Shown here: positions 41,800 through 52,817 of the stretch, one piece after another
Position numbering within the stretch: position 1 is the first letter of the stretch
Layout: each line of letters opens with the position of its first letter
DNA from: Granulicella sp.
GTDB taxonomy: Bacteria > Acidobacteriota > Terriglobia > Terriglobales > Acidobacteriaceae
Length of the DNA stretch: 64,000 nt
Reading direction: 5' to 3'
Assembly (NCBI GenBank): GCA_027339965.1
Contig: DAHWNL010000039.1
Location: forward strand, 37,073-101,072
Notes under the pieces: generated by a model
Database searches by the model: none
Told to the model about the DNA's origin: nothing
Seen by the model: the letters and a program-made list of their open reading frames with translations, nothing else
Translations under genes and position numbers: made by a program

Positions 41800-43214
41800 T
41801 CGTCAACCGACGTGGGGTGCGTCAGGCGTCGTAGCGCCTCCCAAAGCGCGCGAAGTCGGCTCCAACAGGGAGTTGGTTCTGTGGACGCATAAGGTTTTGA
41901 ATGGATTTTGGCAGGACCAGGAACTGGGCGAGGTGGTCTTGCCCATACTCTTCTTGGCGCGATCGATTATCCGGCTGGCGATTTGGCAGTGGCGGCCTTT
42001 TCGGTGTCCGGGTGCCTGAGCGCTGACTTAATGTGGTGGTGCAATCCAGCCCGTGGGCTGAAGGCAAACCTGTGCTTATGGCGATACGCATGCAACAGCG
42101 CGGCTTGTAGGCAAAAGTTCGCCGGCTGTGCCAAGGGTCGAGCGTTTCGTGCTAAATCGGTATGAACACTGCATGGCGGAACGCCTTCGGAGTTCGCTTG
42201 CGAGTGCTGCCACAGCGCAACCACGATCGGCGCCTGCGCGTGGACCGGACGGACGAGGAACGGCGGAGACTTCCATGCGCAGAAAGGCAATACCCGCGGC
42301 TGAGCGATCCCCGCGAGTTCACGAAGTGTGGCCAGTCAGCGCCCGGAGGTGGTGGCGCAGCTTTCCGCGGAGATCCTTGGCATCCTCCGGGCGACCCTTC
42401 CCGATACGAGCATGAAGCCGGCCGGAATGAGCATAGCCGACGCGCTGGACGGGGACCTCCGGCCACGAGATACCGACCCCAGCCCAAATCTTTCCGCCGA
42501 GCCGCAGTTGTTTGGCTGACAAGCGATTGGCCGATGCGCATCAGGCCGTCCGTTCCTCACGGCGGAGGCTGGAATCACCGCGCAGTAGAATGCGGACCCG
42601 AGGCCAGCTGTACGAAGAGTTGCCGGCTATCTTTCGATGGCTCTTCAGCATTCCATCCTTCCGCTCTCCAGCCTTGGCAGACGAAATCCGATACCCCTGT
42701 CTCCCACCGCAGGAATTTGCAACGAAGACGCGCCTCCAATTCGCCTTCTCTCGGTCAGGTGGGGCGACTCCGCAAGCCCCCTGAACGGCCAAGAAAAAAT
42801 TTTCTTGCATCTGGAGATCAGGAAGGTGTATACAAGGACCAATCCTGGAGGCGTGCATACACGAGCTAATCCTATTTTGAACGGGAGGCTTGCTTGTGCG
42901 CATCCTTTAGTTGTTGGGCTTCAAGGTCGGAATCGTGTCGGTTCGCGAGACTTCCCCAGCACGGGCCCTCAGCTCTGAGTTCAAAGTGCGTGCAAAGGAA
43001 TGAAGATGCGAATCAATCAACTCCTGAATGCGACCTCCGCCGTTGGTTTGAAAGCTCCAAAGGCAGATTCATCCGCATTTCCGCTAAGCATGCGGAGTTC
43101 GGGCCTGTCCACGGGCTGAGGCCCAAAGCGGGCTTGTTTGGCTTGGTTCCACCCAACAGGCAAAAGAAATAGGCTCCATAAGGAGCAGAATGTAGCAAAA
43201 GATGTCTCGCACTG

Positions 43215-43228
43215 ATAAATCGCTTTAT
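43215..43228. promoter_or_regulatory. Candidate LacI-family operator upstream of the TonB-dependent receptor
   Basis: ATAAA-T-CG-C-TTTAT palindrome with central CG, near a TACAAT -10-like hexamer. Confidence 0.45.
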
Positions 43229-43273
43229 TCGGCTATTGATCCTTACAATACATTCGCTATGGAGGTTAAGTGC

Positions 43274-46200
43274 ATGTCCAAGTTTTCTTGCAGCAGAACT
43301 CTACAAGCCCTTGTGGTGGTCTCCATGTTGATTGCCGCGGAGGCCTTCTCCGCGCAGGTCGTCAGTAGCTCCATCAGTGGCACGGTGACCGACCCTACAG
43401 GCGCGGCAGTTCCAGGGGCAAAGGTGACCGTAACAAATCAAGGAACCGGCGTATCCCAGACGCTGACCACGGACCGGAGCGGATTTTACACGGATGATGG
43501 CCTCGAAGACGGGGACTATAAGGTTGTTGTCTCAAAAACAGGGTTCGAGAGCAATACGACCCTGGCGATCCACCTCAATCCGGGTCAGCGGCGCGGGAAC
43601 AATGTGATCTTGAAGGTGGGCGCGACGAGTTCTTCGGTAAACGTCGTTGCGAATACGGTTCAGGTGAACACCGAGGACTCCGAGAGCAGCGGCACCATCT
43701 CGTCCAAGCAGATCGACAACATGATGTTGAACGGCAGGAACTTTCAATCCCTGGAGGTTATTGTTCCCGGTGTAACCAGCAACGTCGGGGTGGACTCCCT
43801 GGCCGCGTCTGCTCCTTCGACGATCACCGTCAACGGAGTCTCGGCGAGCTATAGCGTCGTCAGCATCGATGGCGTTCAGGACAGCAACGTAGGCGGCGCT
43901 GTCACTGTTGACGTGCAACCGATTGTGGATGGAATTCAGGAGTTCAGCATCCTCAAAAACAACTACAGTGCCCGCTATGCCTACAGCGGGGCGGCCGAGC
44001 CAATCATCGTAACGAAGAGCGGAACCTCCGTATTCCACGGCACCGCATGGGACTATCTGCGCAACAACGCATTTGACGCCAATAACTACTTCTCCACCGT
44101 CAAACAGGGGCTGCATCAGAACATCTTCGGATACACCTTGGGCGGCCCACTGATCATTCCCAAGCTCTACGACGGCCGCGCAGGTACAAAGAAGACATTC
44201 TTCTTCGCCGCAAATCAGTGGTACGTGATTAACCAATCGTCGCTCGCGCGGGGCGCTTCGTTTACCCAGGCGATGCGGGGGGGCGACTTCAGCGCCAGCC
44301 CCACGCTGCCGAAATCTGGAGTTCTGACACTCGACGCAAGCAGCCAGAACATCCTGGCCGAGCAGGGCAAAAGCAACTGCATCCTCGGTCCGACGACGCT
44401 GAATCCGGCGTGTTTCAACCCAGTCGCTGTGAGTCTGATGAATGCATACATGCCATTGCCGAACAATATTCCGGGCGGCTTCCTGAACTATATCAATCAG
44501 CTACCGAATACAACCAAAATGATCCAATATCAATATCGTATCGATCACTACTTCAATGCAAACAACTTGCTCACTGGGCGAATCGTCGCCGATAACGCGG
44601 TCAACGCATCTCCGGATCTTTACTCCGCGTTCTCCAATATTCAGAGCGGCACGTATCCTCACAATAACAGCGAATTGATTCGTCTTCAAACGACATTCAC
44701 TCCAAATCTGATCAACACATTAGGCATCGCGGAGACCGTTGGTGATGTCTACATCTATGCAACCAACCCCGGCACCATTCCGAGCGGAACTCCACCCATC
44801 ATCCAGGCGTTCCCCAAGGCTCCCTACCAGAATCTGATCCCTGACGTCAATATTTCAAGGGGCTGGTCAGGATTTGGGCTTGGCGGCTACCCGATCATAT
44901 CGAACATTGGCGATGGTCAGGCATCCGACGATGTGAGTTGGGTGAAGGGAAACCACGTCTTGCAAGCCGGCGCTCTCTACATATTTGGAATCAAGCACCA
45001 GACCGCCGGGAATGTTACAGAAGGAACCTTCAACTTCAGTGGAGTGCATACGGGTGATCCAGCCGCTGACTATCTTTTAGGGTTAGACTCAAGCTACCAA
45101 CAACAGAACACTGACGGCCTTTATGCCGCCCACTATCGTCAGGGTGAGGCGTACGTTCAGGATGACTGGAAGGCGACTCCACGGCTGATGCTCAATCTAG
45201 GCGTACGCTGGCAGTATTTTTCCAACTACACGGTCAGCGGTGACCAGTTAACGAACTTCGACGCGGCCACGTTCAACCCGGCAGAGGCACCAGTAGTGAA
45301 TCCAAACGACACGCTGCAGGTGAATAGCCAAAATCAGCCGATCACCGCTTCTGGTAGTCTCGCCAACCCCCTCAACGGGCTGGTTTTCGCCGGGAAGAAC
45401 GGGTATTCAAGTGGATTCTGGGATCCGAAGAAGACAAACTTTGGTCCCAGGGTGGGCTTTGCCTATGATGTGTTCGGAAACGGCAAAACCTCCCTTCGTG
45501 GCGGGTATGGAATAGGCTACTTCCAGATTGGATACGATATTGTGAACGCGTGGGGTATCAATCCACCGTTTAACCAGAGCGCAGACGTCCTGAACTCCTC
45601 CATCAGTGACGGAACTCTCGGCACCAATGCCGCACCAACCGTTCAATTTTTAGCGGCTGTACCATTTCATCTTGTTCCGGCCCAGTTGCAGAGCTACAGC
45701 CTGACGCTGGAGCAGCAGATCACGCCGAAGATGGTGGCGTCGATTGGCTATAACGGAGCTCAGGACCGGCATCTGGAGACATTCTCTCAAGACGACAACT
45801 TCCCGCTGCCGGTCAGCGCGCCCAGTTTCAGCGGATGTCTCGCGCCTGGTCAGTCCCCTTCCAGTTCCTATAATTTTGATCCCTGCATCAATGTGGGCGT
45901 GGCGGATGGCGCCTACACCCGTCCTTACAAAGGATACTCAGGAATCTACAACCAATATTATGAAGGCACCTCAAACTATAACGCCTTGGAGACCGGCCTG
46001 ATCTACAAGAGCGGAGCGTCACAGTTCAACCTCGCTTACACCTGGAGCAGGGCGATGGGGAATATGGGCAACATCGGGACTCAGACGGCCACGAGGACCG
46101 ATACCGTTGGTCCGCAAAACCCTAGAAATTGGCACGCGGAGTACGGCCAGGAGTCAGACAGCTTCCCGGTGAACATCACGCTGAGCTGGGTCTATAGTGT

Positions 46201-46666
46201 CCCATATTTCAGTCACAGCAGGAAGTTGCTGACCGAGACTCTGGGAGACTGGAACTTTGCCGGCATCGGCGTACACCAGAGTGGATTTGAACACAGCCCC
46301 GGACTTTCCACCTCAACAAGCGGCGAAGCCTCACGTCCGAATCAGGTGGCTCCTCTCACAAAGGTTGGCACCCTGCAGGAGTGGTTCAATACGAACGCCT
46401 TCGCCGCGCCTGCATATGGATTCTTCGGAAACGCCAACAACGGAATCATTCGCGGGCCAAGCTACACGTCCTTCGACATTGCCCTTTACAAGAACTTCCC
46501 CCTGGTCAACCGGCTTATGTTGCAGTTCCGGGCGGAGGCGTTCAACATAGCCAATCATCCCAACTTTGTGGGCCTGGATACAGGTTTTGGCTCTGGCAAC
46601 TATGGGCACATTACAAGTGCGGATGATCCACGCATCATGGAGTATGCCCTGAAGATCGTCTTCTAA
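43274..46666 (+). CDS. TonB-dependent receptor, Oar-like with carboxypeptidase regulatory-like N-domain
   Basis: Signal peptide, ISGTVTDPTGAAVPGAKVTVTN, TKSGT..FHG, NFGPRVGFAYD, QFRAEAFN, terminal Phe; GGAGG RBS before ATG 43274. Confidence 0.95.
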   Translation: MSKFSCSRTLQALVVVSMLIAAEAFSAQVVSSSISGTVTDPTGAAVPGAKVTVTNQGTGVSQTLTTDRSGFYTDDGLEDGDYKVVVSKTGFESNTTLAIHLNPGQRRGNNVILKVGATSSSVNVVANTVQVNTEDSESSGTISSKQIDNMMLNGRNFQSLEVIVPGVTSNVGVDSLAASAPSTITVNGVSASYSVVSIDGVQDSNVGGAVTVDVQPIVDGIQEFSILKNNYSARYAYSGAAEPIIVTKSGTSVFHGTAWDYLRNNAFDANNYFSTVKQGLHQNIFGYTLGGPLIIPKLYDGRAGTKKTFFFAANQWYVINQSSLARGASFTQAMRGGDFSASPTLPKSGVLTLDASSQNILAEQGKSNCILGPTTLNPACFNPVAVSLMNAYMPLPNNIPGGFLNYINQLPNTTKMIQYQYRIDHYFNANNLLTGRIVADNAVNASPDLYSAFSNIQSGTYPHNNSELIRLQTTFTPNLINTLGIAETVGDVYIYATNPGTIPSGTPPIIQAFPKAPYQNLIPDVNISRGWSGFGLGGYPIISNIGDGQASDDVSWVKGNHVLQAGALYIFGIKHQTAGNVTEGTFNFSGVHTGDPAADYLLGLDSSYQQQNTDGLYAAHYRQGEAYVQDDWKATPRLMLNLGVRWQYFSNYTVSGDQLTNFDAATFNPAEAPVVNPNDTLQVNSQNQPITASGSLANPLNGLVFAGKNGYSSGFWDPKKTNFGPRVGFAYDVFGNGKTSLRGGYGIGYFQIGYDIVNAWGINPPFNQSADVLNSSISDGTLGTNAAPTVQFLAAVPFHLVPAQLQSYSLTLEQQITPKMVASIGYNGAQDRHLETFSQDDNFPLPVSAPSFSGCLAPGQSPSSSYNFDPCINVGVADGAYTRPYKGYSGIYNQYYEGTSNYNALETGLIYKSGASQFNLAYTWSRAMGNMGNIGTQTATRTDTVGPQNPRNWHAEYGQESDSFPVNITLSWVYSVPYFSHSRKLLTETLGDWNFAGIGVHQSGFEHSPGLSTSTSGEASRPNQVAPLTKVGTLQEWFNTNAFAAPAYGFFGNANNGIIRGPSYTSFDIALYKNFPLVNRLMLQFRAEAFNIANHPNFVGLDTGFGSGNYGHITSADDPRIMEYALKIVF

Positions 46667-47419
46667 GGGAATAGTTGTGGACAGAAGGGGCGGTGAGCGA
46701 CACTCGGGTTGCTCTGAGGATCGACCACCGCCGGCTGATCCCTGGACACAGCAGCCGCTTGATCGGAAGCGCGACGTCAAACGCTCTTGGAATTGTATTT
46801 TGATTCTGTTTGCTCGCTCGGAGACCCATGATCTCAGTTGTGCCGCTTTGCAGGGCTCGCTGAGTGAGACTCCGAGCGGGGGAACAGGTAGGAGAACCAA
46901 TGGATAAGCTATCGAACGGAATGGGTTTAGCCTCTGCTAAAAAGAGATGCTTGCTGAGCGAACCGCGCTCGGGACCGGCTACGCGAGTGCGAAATTGAGC
47001 CATTGACACACCCGATGCGGCTTGGATCGTCGCTGAGACAGAGATCCCGTGGAAGTCAATTTCTTCGGCCGCCGTCAAACAAGGCGGAAGTGGCGCTGCG
47101 AGATAGACTGAAAAGAGTCGAGTGGGCATGCTCCTTGGCTATGCAAGCAGCCAGAGAGCCGCCTTGGTCGATCTCGGGCTATACCCACCCGAAGAGTTGG
47201 CCGCGGAACACCAGGCTAGTGGTTCTTCTGCCGTTCGCGTAGGAGCTATATTTGCTACGAAAGAATGATACGTGCAAGCTAGACGGGGTTGATCGATCGA
47301 CCCACCTCAACCCAATAATCTTCCTGCGGCGCGTAAACCGTCAACGAATGCACAACGGGCGTAAATTGCCCATTTGGAAGCAGATCTCCGCTCAAGAACA
47401 CTGAGAGCTATATGACAAA

Positions 47420-49558
47420 ATGACAAAGAAAAATGTGATTCTACCGGGTATGATGACTCTCCTGCTTTGGTCTTTCGGTGGCAGCCGGCTTTTCAGCCAA
47501 ACTTCAGGATCTCCTCAGGTTGTAAGATGGTGCATCCACGGTGCAAGTTCCCCAGCGAGAGCAGGTCGTGGCGAGAGCATCTGTGGGAAAGTCAATGGGA
47601 ATTTCTTTTCGGTACCTGGAGTTGCAGGAACCGGCCTCCGATTCGACGGATACACTACCAGCGTCGTTTGTCCGGAGAGTGTCGCGCCAAAGCTCGGAAA
47701 TTCGTTCACGTTGGAGGCATGGGTGGCCCTGAACACCTACCCGTGGAACTGGGTCCCGGTGATAGACCAAGAGAAGGATCGGCAGGAGGGCTTTTCCTTT
47801 GGAATCGACCCTTTCGGACGCTTCGGATTGAAAGCATCCGTCAACGGGCAATGGCGCAGGCTGATTTCGGTTGAAAACCTCCCATTGAAGAAGTGGCAGC
47901 ATATCGCCGCTACTTTCGAGTCAAACCATGGGCAGAGTCAAATGCATCTCTACCTCAATGGGAGGCAGGTAGGAACTTTAGAGATTCAGGGAACGTTTAC
48001 GCCTGCTCGCACAGACGTTCAGATTGGGCGGGTCCGTCAAGCGACCATGCCATTCCCGCAAGCAGCCATCCATCCCCACTTCGCCATATGGTATTCGCTG
48101 GACGGGATTCTGAATGACGTGACCATGGAGAATCAGACCTTGAGCGGCGAGCAGATAAAGCATGTCTACGCGGAAGCCAAGATCCCGGCGGGGGATGTGC
48201 TGCCCTGGCAGAAGCTGCCATCCGGACCGCCCGGAGCCGGCCGGTTCGGAGCTTATTACACGACATTGCACTACCAGGATGCATGGGACCGTCTGCGGCG
48301 CACAGGAACCGACTCTGACGTGGTTGTACGGTTCGATGATACTCCGGTGCGACTTGTATTCTGGCAAGGTCTGGATTACATACCCGCATGGGTGACAGAG
48401 AATGACAAGTGGTACAACGACAAATATATAGAAACCTTTGGCCAAGGGTGCCCGGATGGCGGGGATTGCGAGCCGATGTCGGACAAACAGGTGCGCTACT
48501 CCCACGTCAAGATTCTCGAGAGCGACGATGCTCGCGCCGTCATCGAATGGCGGTATGTGGACTCCGAAGTAGAAAAGTACGAAGGAGCCAATGCGGATCC
48601 ACTCAGCGGATGGTTTGACTGGGTGAATGAATTTTGGACGGTCTATCCGGATGGGGTAGCCGTGCGGAAACAGGTACTGCACAGTTCAAATCTGGATGCA
48701 TCCCGCGAATGGCAAGATACGCTGGTGATCAACCAGCCCGGGACCCGGCCAGAGGATAACATTCACTGGGATGCGATCACACTGGAGAATATGGCTGGCG
48801 ATGTAAAAACGTACACCTGGAAGCCAAAGCCGGCTGGAAGCTTCACGTGGCCGAACGCCCCCTTAGGCCCCGGCGAGCCGTTCGTGAACGATCCTCCTGA
48901 CCCGAACATACAGTTGGTTAACCTCAAGTCCAACTGGAAGCCCTTCCAAATCCTTCCGCCGGACGGCGTGCGTGTAGACATCTCAAACGGCGAATACAGC
49001 TACTTTAACTTCGAGTGCTGGAACCACTGGCCCGTGGCGCAGATCATCTCCAGCGGTCGGCCTTGTGTTGCGGCTGATCGTGCATCGCATACTGCGCTGA
49101 CACATCTCTGGTGGAAACCCTATGCAAAGCACGGCGATACCGAGACCAAGATTCTGATGGACGGCTTGACGACGCAACCCCCTGAAAAGTTGCTGCCGCT
49201 GGCCCGTTCCTGGCTTTCAGCCCCCAGAATGCGCGTTCTTGGACAGGGTTATCGTGACGACGGATATGATCCCGCGCAACGCGCCTATCTGTTGACAAGA
49301 TCAGGACCTTCCGGAGTTGCTCCTGTACAGGTGACGTTTGATGCCAGTCTAGCTTCTCCCCTTTACGACCCCGCAATTGTCATCCGAAATTGGGGAGAAA
49401 GCGCTGCCAGGCTCGCAATCGACGGAAAGCCCGTTCCGTGGGGAAGTTCCTGCCGGATGGGGCTTGTGCACAGACTGGGCGGTACAGACCTGGTTTTGTG
49501 GATTCGAAGGCAAACCTCTCAAGCACTCCATATTGAGCTGACTCCTGATCGTCGATAG
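47420..49558 (+). CDS. Secreted LamG (concanavalin A-like) domain protein with uncharacterised C-terminal region
   Basis: Signal peptide, GLRFDGYT, FTLEAWV, WQHIAATF, LYLNG; paralog of 61483..63579. Confidence 0.85.
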   Translation: MTKKNVILPGMMTLLLWSFGGSRLFSQTSGSPQVVRWCIHGASSPARAGRGESICGKVNGNFFSVPGVAGTGLRFDGYTTSVVCPESVAPKLGNSFTLEAWVALNTYPWNWVPVIDQEKDRQEGFSFGIDPFGRFGLKASVNGQWRRLISVENLPLKKWQHIAATFESNHGQSQMHLYLNGRQVGTLEIQGTFTPARTDVQIGRVRQATMPFPQAAIHPHFAIWYSLDGILNDVTMENQTLSGEQIKHVYAEAKIPAGDVLPWQKLPSGPPGAGRFGAYYTTLHYQDAWDRLRRTGTDSDVVVRFDDTPVRLVFWQGLDYIPAWVTENDKWYNDKYIETFGQGCPDGGDCEPMSDKQVRYSHVKILESDDARAVIEWRYVDSEVEKYEGANADPLSGWFDWVNEFWTVYPDGVAVRKQVLHSSNLDASREWQDTLVINQPGTRPEDNIHWDAITLENMAGDVKTYTWKPKPAGSFTWPNAPLGPGEPFVNDPPDPNIQLVNLKSNWKPFQILPPDGVRVDISNGEYSYFNFECWNHWPVAQIISSGRPCVAADRASHTALTHLWWKPYAKHGDTETKILMDGLTTQPPEKLLPLARSWLSAPRMRVLGQGYRDDGYDPAQRAYLLTRSGPSGVAPVQVTFDASLASPLYDPAIVIRNWGESAARLAIDGKPVPWGSSCRMGLVHRLGGTDLVLWIRRQTSQALHIELTPDRR

Positions 49559-49829
49559 GACGGATCTTCTTTTTCTCCAGGCTTGCTCACGCTTTGGCAT
49601 AGCCTGGCATAGCCCTCCATTTCGATGGCGAACCAACGCAGACCGTGGCTGCAGTGGCGGCAGCATCTCGGCTGCATCCTGTAAGGCTCTTGCGCTTGGC
49701 TCATCTTCCAGAGAGTTAGCTGTAGAATTCCCTCTGTCTGAATTGCATCAGGTTTTTCATCCGGCTGGGACGGTTGGCAGCTTGTGTATCTCCATGAGAT
49801 CCTTCAGTTGCAGCATCCTTCATCGTCCC

Positions 49830-50412
49830 GGACCAGAATGCCGCCGCAGGAGCCGGCCAGTTTCGGCCCCGCATCACGGCTGGTGTCTGCGTTCAGTTTC
49901 TGCTCCATGGCGCGTGCCGCTAATCGCAAAGCCTGCCGCCGCACCGCCATCTCCATAGCCTCCAAATCCAGATTGGCGATGGACTGACGGCCTACGAGTG
50001 CTTCGACTTCCTGAGCGACCTCGTTGGTGAGGCCGGCTGGAAGCCCCCTTTTCTGCCTCCTTGGTCGAGACCGCTGAAGCCTCCTTCAAACTGGCTGTCG
50101 GCCCAGGCCTCGCAGTCTTACCGGTAGGGCTCCAACCCGGCCCCGGAACTGGTGCCCCGCCTGAATCTACTGCAGGACAACGGTGCCAGTTCCCCATTTA
50201 GTAAGCGCGAATGGGTTCTGCCGCTCACAGCGCGGGTGAAGCTGTACTAACGACCATGGCGAGTCTTGGTGTCTTGGGCGCAGGGACATTCCGGCTTGCC
50301 GCACTTGACGGTGCGTTCGGACAAGAAGCCGTGGCGCATGGGCTTGGGCCGGGCCCATGCAGCAGCCAGTTGGCGGTGCCTGCTGGAGGCGGTGTGTTGT
50401 CCACTTCGCCAT
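49830..50412 (-). mobile_element. Degenerate ISKra4-type element: DUF6788-like accessory ORF plus transposase N-terminus
   Basis: MRHGFLSERTVKCGKPECPCAQD..RHG followed by a stop, then LDLEAMEMAVRRQALRLAARAMEQKLNADTS; the rest of the transposase is missing. Confidence 0.7.
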
Positions 50413-50505
50413 CTTAGGGCTGTTGTAACCGTAAGATCCACCGCAAAATCGGCTTCGTTCCGAAAGGCTCGCTCCTGTGTCGCGCGGCCTTGCGGACGAA
50501 TTTCA

Positions 50506-50534
50506 TTGGCATTGTTAACCGACTGTGATATCCT
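50506..50534 (+). promoter_or_regulatory. Candidate sigma-70 promoter of the caspase module
   Basis: TTGGCA-17 bp-TATCCT with TGn extended -10, 65 bp upstream of ATG 50599. Confidence 0.4.
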
Positions 50535-50598
50535 TCCGCCATTTCCGGAGTATTCATCACTAGATTTCGTTGTTCTTTCGTAGAGGAGAACATCAATT

Positions 50599-51663
50599 AT
50601 GAAGCTTTCTCGCAGGAGTGTGTTGCAAGATCTGGCGGGGGTGGGGGGACTGGCTGCCCTGCTGGCGCGGCCGGGAGTTGCGGAAGCGCTGAGCGCTGCG
50701 CTCCAGGCGAGTCAAGCAGTCCCGGCGGATCAAGAGCCGGGTAACGCAGCGGCGTTCTGGAGTACATTTTTGCAGAAGCAGCCCGAGGGGCGCGGGCTCT
50801 TTCATAAGACGCCGGGGATGGATGAGGACCGGCAGGTGAATTTTCTGCATTACAGCGCGACCAAGGGCCTGCGCTACTCGGAGGATGTACATCGGACCGA
50901 ACTGCCGAACTATCCCGGAGATGTGGCAGCGAACCTGAATGTAGGGGGAGTACGGCTGTCAAAGGCGGATCAGCAGGCGTTTGAGGATAAGCGGTCGGCG
51001 CAGCTACGAGTGGACTTGCTGCAGGGTCAGCGGATGTTCGACATGATCGACCCGTTAGCTTGGATGGCGCTGGCCGGGATTTTTCCAACCCGCGCGGGAA
51101 AGTTGCCTCCGCTGCAAAACCTGAGCTTCGATCCGGGAACTTCGATGGAGAGCATGAACCACATCGTGCTGCCGGGAGGGGTTGCGCATCTGGCGATGAA
51201 TGTGTCGATGCTTCCACGGGAGTCACCGTTCATGGCGGTGATCAACAGGCTGGTGACGGACACGAGCAAAGTAGCGCCGATCCTGGGACTGCCCGCGATC
51301 AGCGTAACGGCGCTGAGCGGCTTCAGCAAGTTGTACGGGATGATGGAGGATCGAACGACGTTCTTGTTCCAGTCACGACCGCAGATGGCCTATACGACGC
51401 AGCAAGCGCGCGCAGCGGCGGATACCACGATCGGCATGAACATGCCGGCGGGAGACTATGTGTTGGTGCCGCAAGTGCAGACGGACCAGTTGCAGCCTTA
51501 TCTGAATTCGCTGAAGCTGGTGAATGGCTATCTGGTCAATAAGAAGGCGCCCGCAAACAGTTCAGTGTACGAGCAGGCGCAGAACACTGAGCCAGACATC
51601 AGTTACGTAACGATGCATGTTGGAGTGAAGCCGCTGTATGCCAGTGGCTCAAAATCCTCTTAG
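50599..51663 (+). CDS. Hypothetical protein with twin-arginine signal
   Basis: 354 aa, MKLSRRSVLQDLAGVGGLAALL...AEA; GAGGAG RBS; no recognised catalytic motif. Confidence 0.85.
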   Translation: MKLSRRSVLQDLAGVGGLAALLARPGVAEALSAALQASQAVPADQEPGNAAAFWSTFLQKQPEGRGLFHKTPGMDEDRQVNFLHYSATKGLRYSEDVHRTELPNYPGDVAANLNVGGVRLSKADQQAFEDKRSAQLRVDLLQGQRMFDMIDPLAWMALAGIFPTRAGKLPPLQNLSFDPGTSMESMNHIVLPGGVAHLAMNVSMLPRESPFMAVINRLVTDTSKVAPILGLPAISVTALSGFSKLYGMMEDRTTFLFQSRPQMAYTTQQARAAADTTIGMNMPAGDYVLVPQVQTDQLQPYLNSLKLVNGYLVNKKAPANSSVYEQAQNTEPDISYVTMHVGVKPLYASGSKSS

Positions 51664-51723
51664 CGATCCGCGCCTGCGCCGAAGGATGAAGCAGAGGTTC
51701 GCGACGGGATGAGATGAGACGCG

Positions 51724-52788
51724 ATGTGGAAACATAGGTATGGCGTGAAAGCGGTCCAGACAATGGCGGCAGCGGCCCTAATGGCGGCATGTTGGATGAG
51801 TGGCACAGTCGCGGGTGCCCAACACTTCGGTCTGCCGCTGATGAAGAGCAAAGTTACTCTGCAACGCAAACTTCCGGCAGTGATGCAGTTGCCCGGAACT
51901 TCCGTGAAGATAAGCGTGAGAAGTCGTGGCGGCCCCGAGTATCTTGCGCAGGACTTTGAGTCTATGCTGAGCGCCGAGTTGCTGCGAGACGATCCGCGGC
52001 TTCGGATCGAGAACAGCGGGGCAGACAGCTTGGTCGAATGCCAGATAACAGAGTTTGATCACCCTGCGCCGACGGTCACCGTGAGACCGGGGATTCAGAC
52101 GGGGAGGACCCCGCCGCCTGACGTCGCATATACGCGTGTGACGGGTACGATGCGCGTTTCGTTCCAGGTGCTCAATAGATCGGGAGAGACACTGGGGCAG
52201 GATGACATCCTCGCGCAGTATGACCAGGAGTTTGATACATCGGGCAATGCAGTGAGCAGCGGACTGCTGGGCGGGATGAAGAACAGCTTCAAGCGGATGA
52301 CGGGCGGGGCGAAAAGCGAGAACATGAACCCTCCGACGGACGCAGAACTGCGCAACGATCTCATGACCGACGCGGTGCGGCAGATCGCTCGGCAATTGGT
52401 GACGACGCGGGAAACAATCGAGGTTCTGCTGGCCAAGGGAAAGGGGATGGACGGCGGCGTAAAGGATGCGGAGGCTGGACTGTGGAGCCGGGCGCTGGAA
52501 GCTTGGGAGACGGCACCGGCGCTGCCGAGACCCGTCGATGATGCCTATCGGTTATACGATATCGGGGTGGCGTATGAAGCAATGGGGTATGCGGCGAATG
52601 ATGTGCAGATCGCGATGAGATTTCTGGATCAGGCGTCCATCAATTACGGAAAGGCGATCGACAGCGATCCGGCGGAGAAGTACTTTCTGGAACCGCAAAA
52701 GCGCATCGAAACGGCGCTGGCGCACTACGAAAAGCTTCAGGAGGAAGCAAAACGTCATCCGGTATCTCGATCGGGCTCCGGACGGTGA
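51724..52788 (+). CDS. Secreted hypothetical protein with C-terminal TPR-like helices
   Basis: Signal peptide ending AGAQ; AEAGLWSRALEAW, LYDIGVAYEAMG, YGKAIDSDP. Confidence 0.82.
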   Translation: MWKHRYGVKAVQTMAAAALMAACWMSGTVAGAQHFGLPLMKSKVTLQRKLPAVMQLPGTSVKISVRSRGGPEYLAQDFESMLSAELLRDDPRLRIENSGADSLVECQITEFDHPAPTVTVRPGIQTGRTPPPDVAYTRVTGTMRVSFQVLNRSGETLGQDDILAQYDQEFDTSGNAVSSGLLGGMKNSFKRMTGGAKSENMNPPTDAELRNDLMTDAVRQIARQLVTTRETIEVLLAKGKGMDGGVKDAEAGLWSRALEAWETAPALPRPVDDAYRLYDIGVAYEAMGYAANDVQIAMRFLDQASINYGKAIDSDPAEKYFLEPQKRIETALAHYEKLQEEAKRHPVSRSGSGR

Positions 52789-52817
52789 AGGCACATAGGT
52801 CTTGAGGTGTTGTCGAG

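Noticed and set aside
50599..51663. Bacterial gasdermin next to the caspase
   Set aside because: It has a Tat signal, lacks the N-terminal Cys and does not resemble gasdermins in sequence; only a structure search could revive this.
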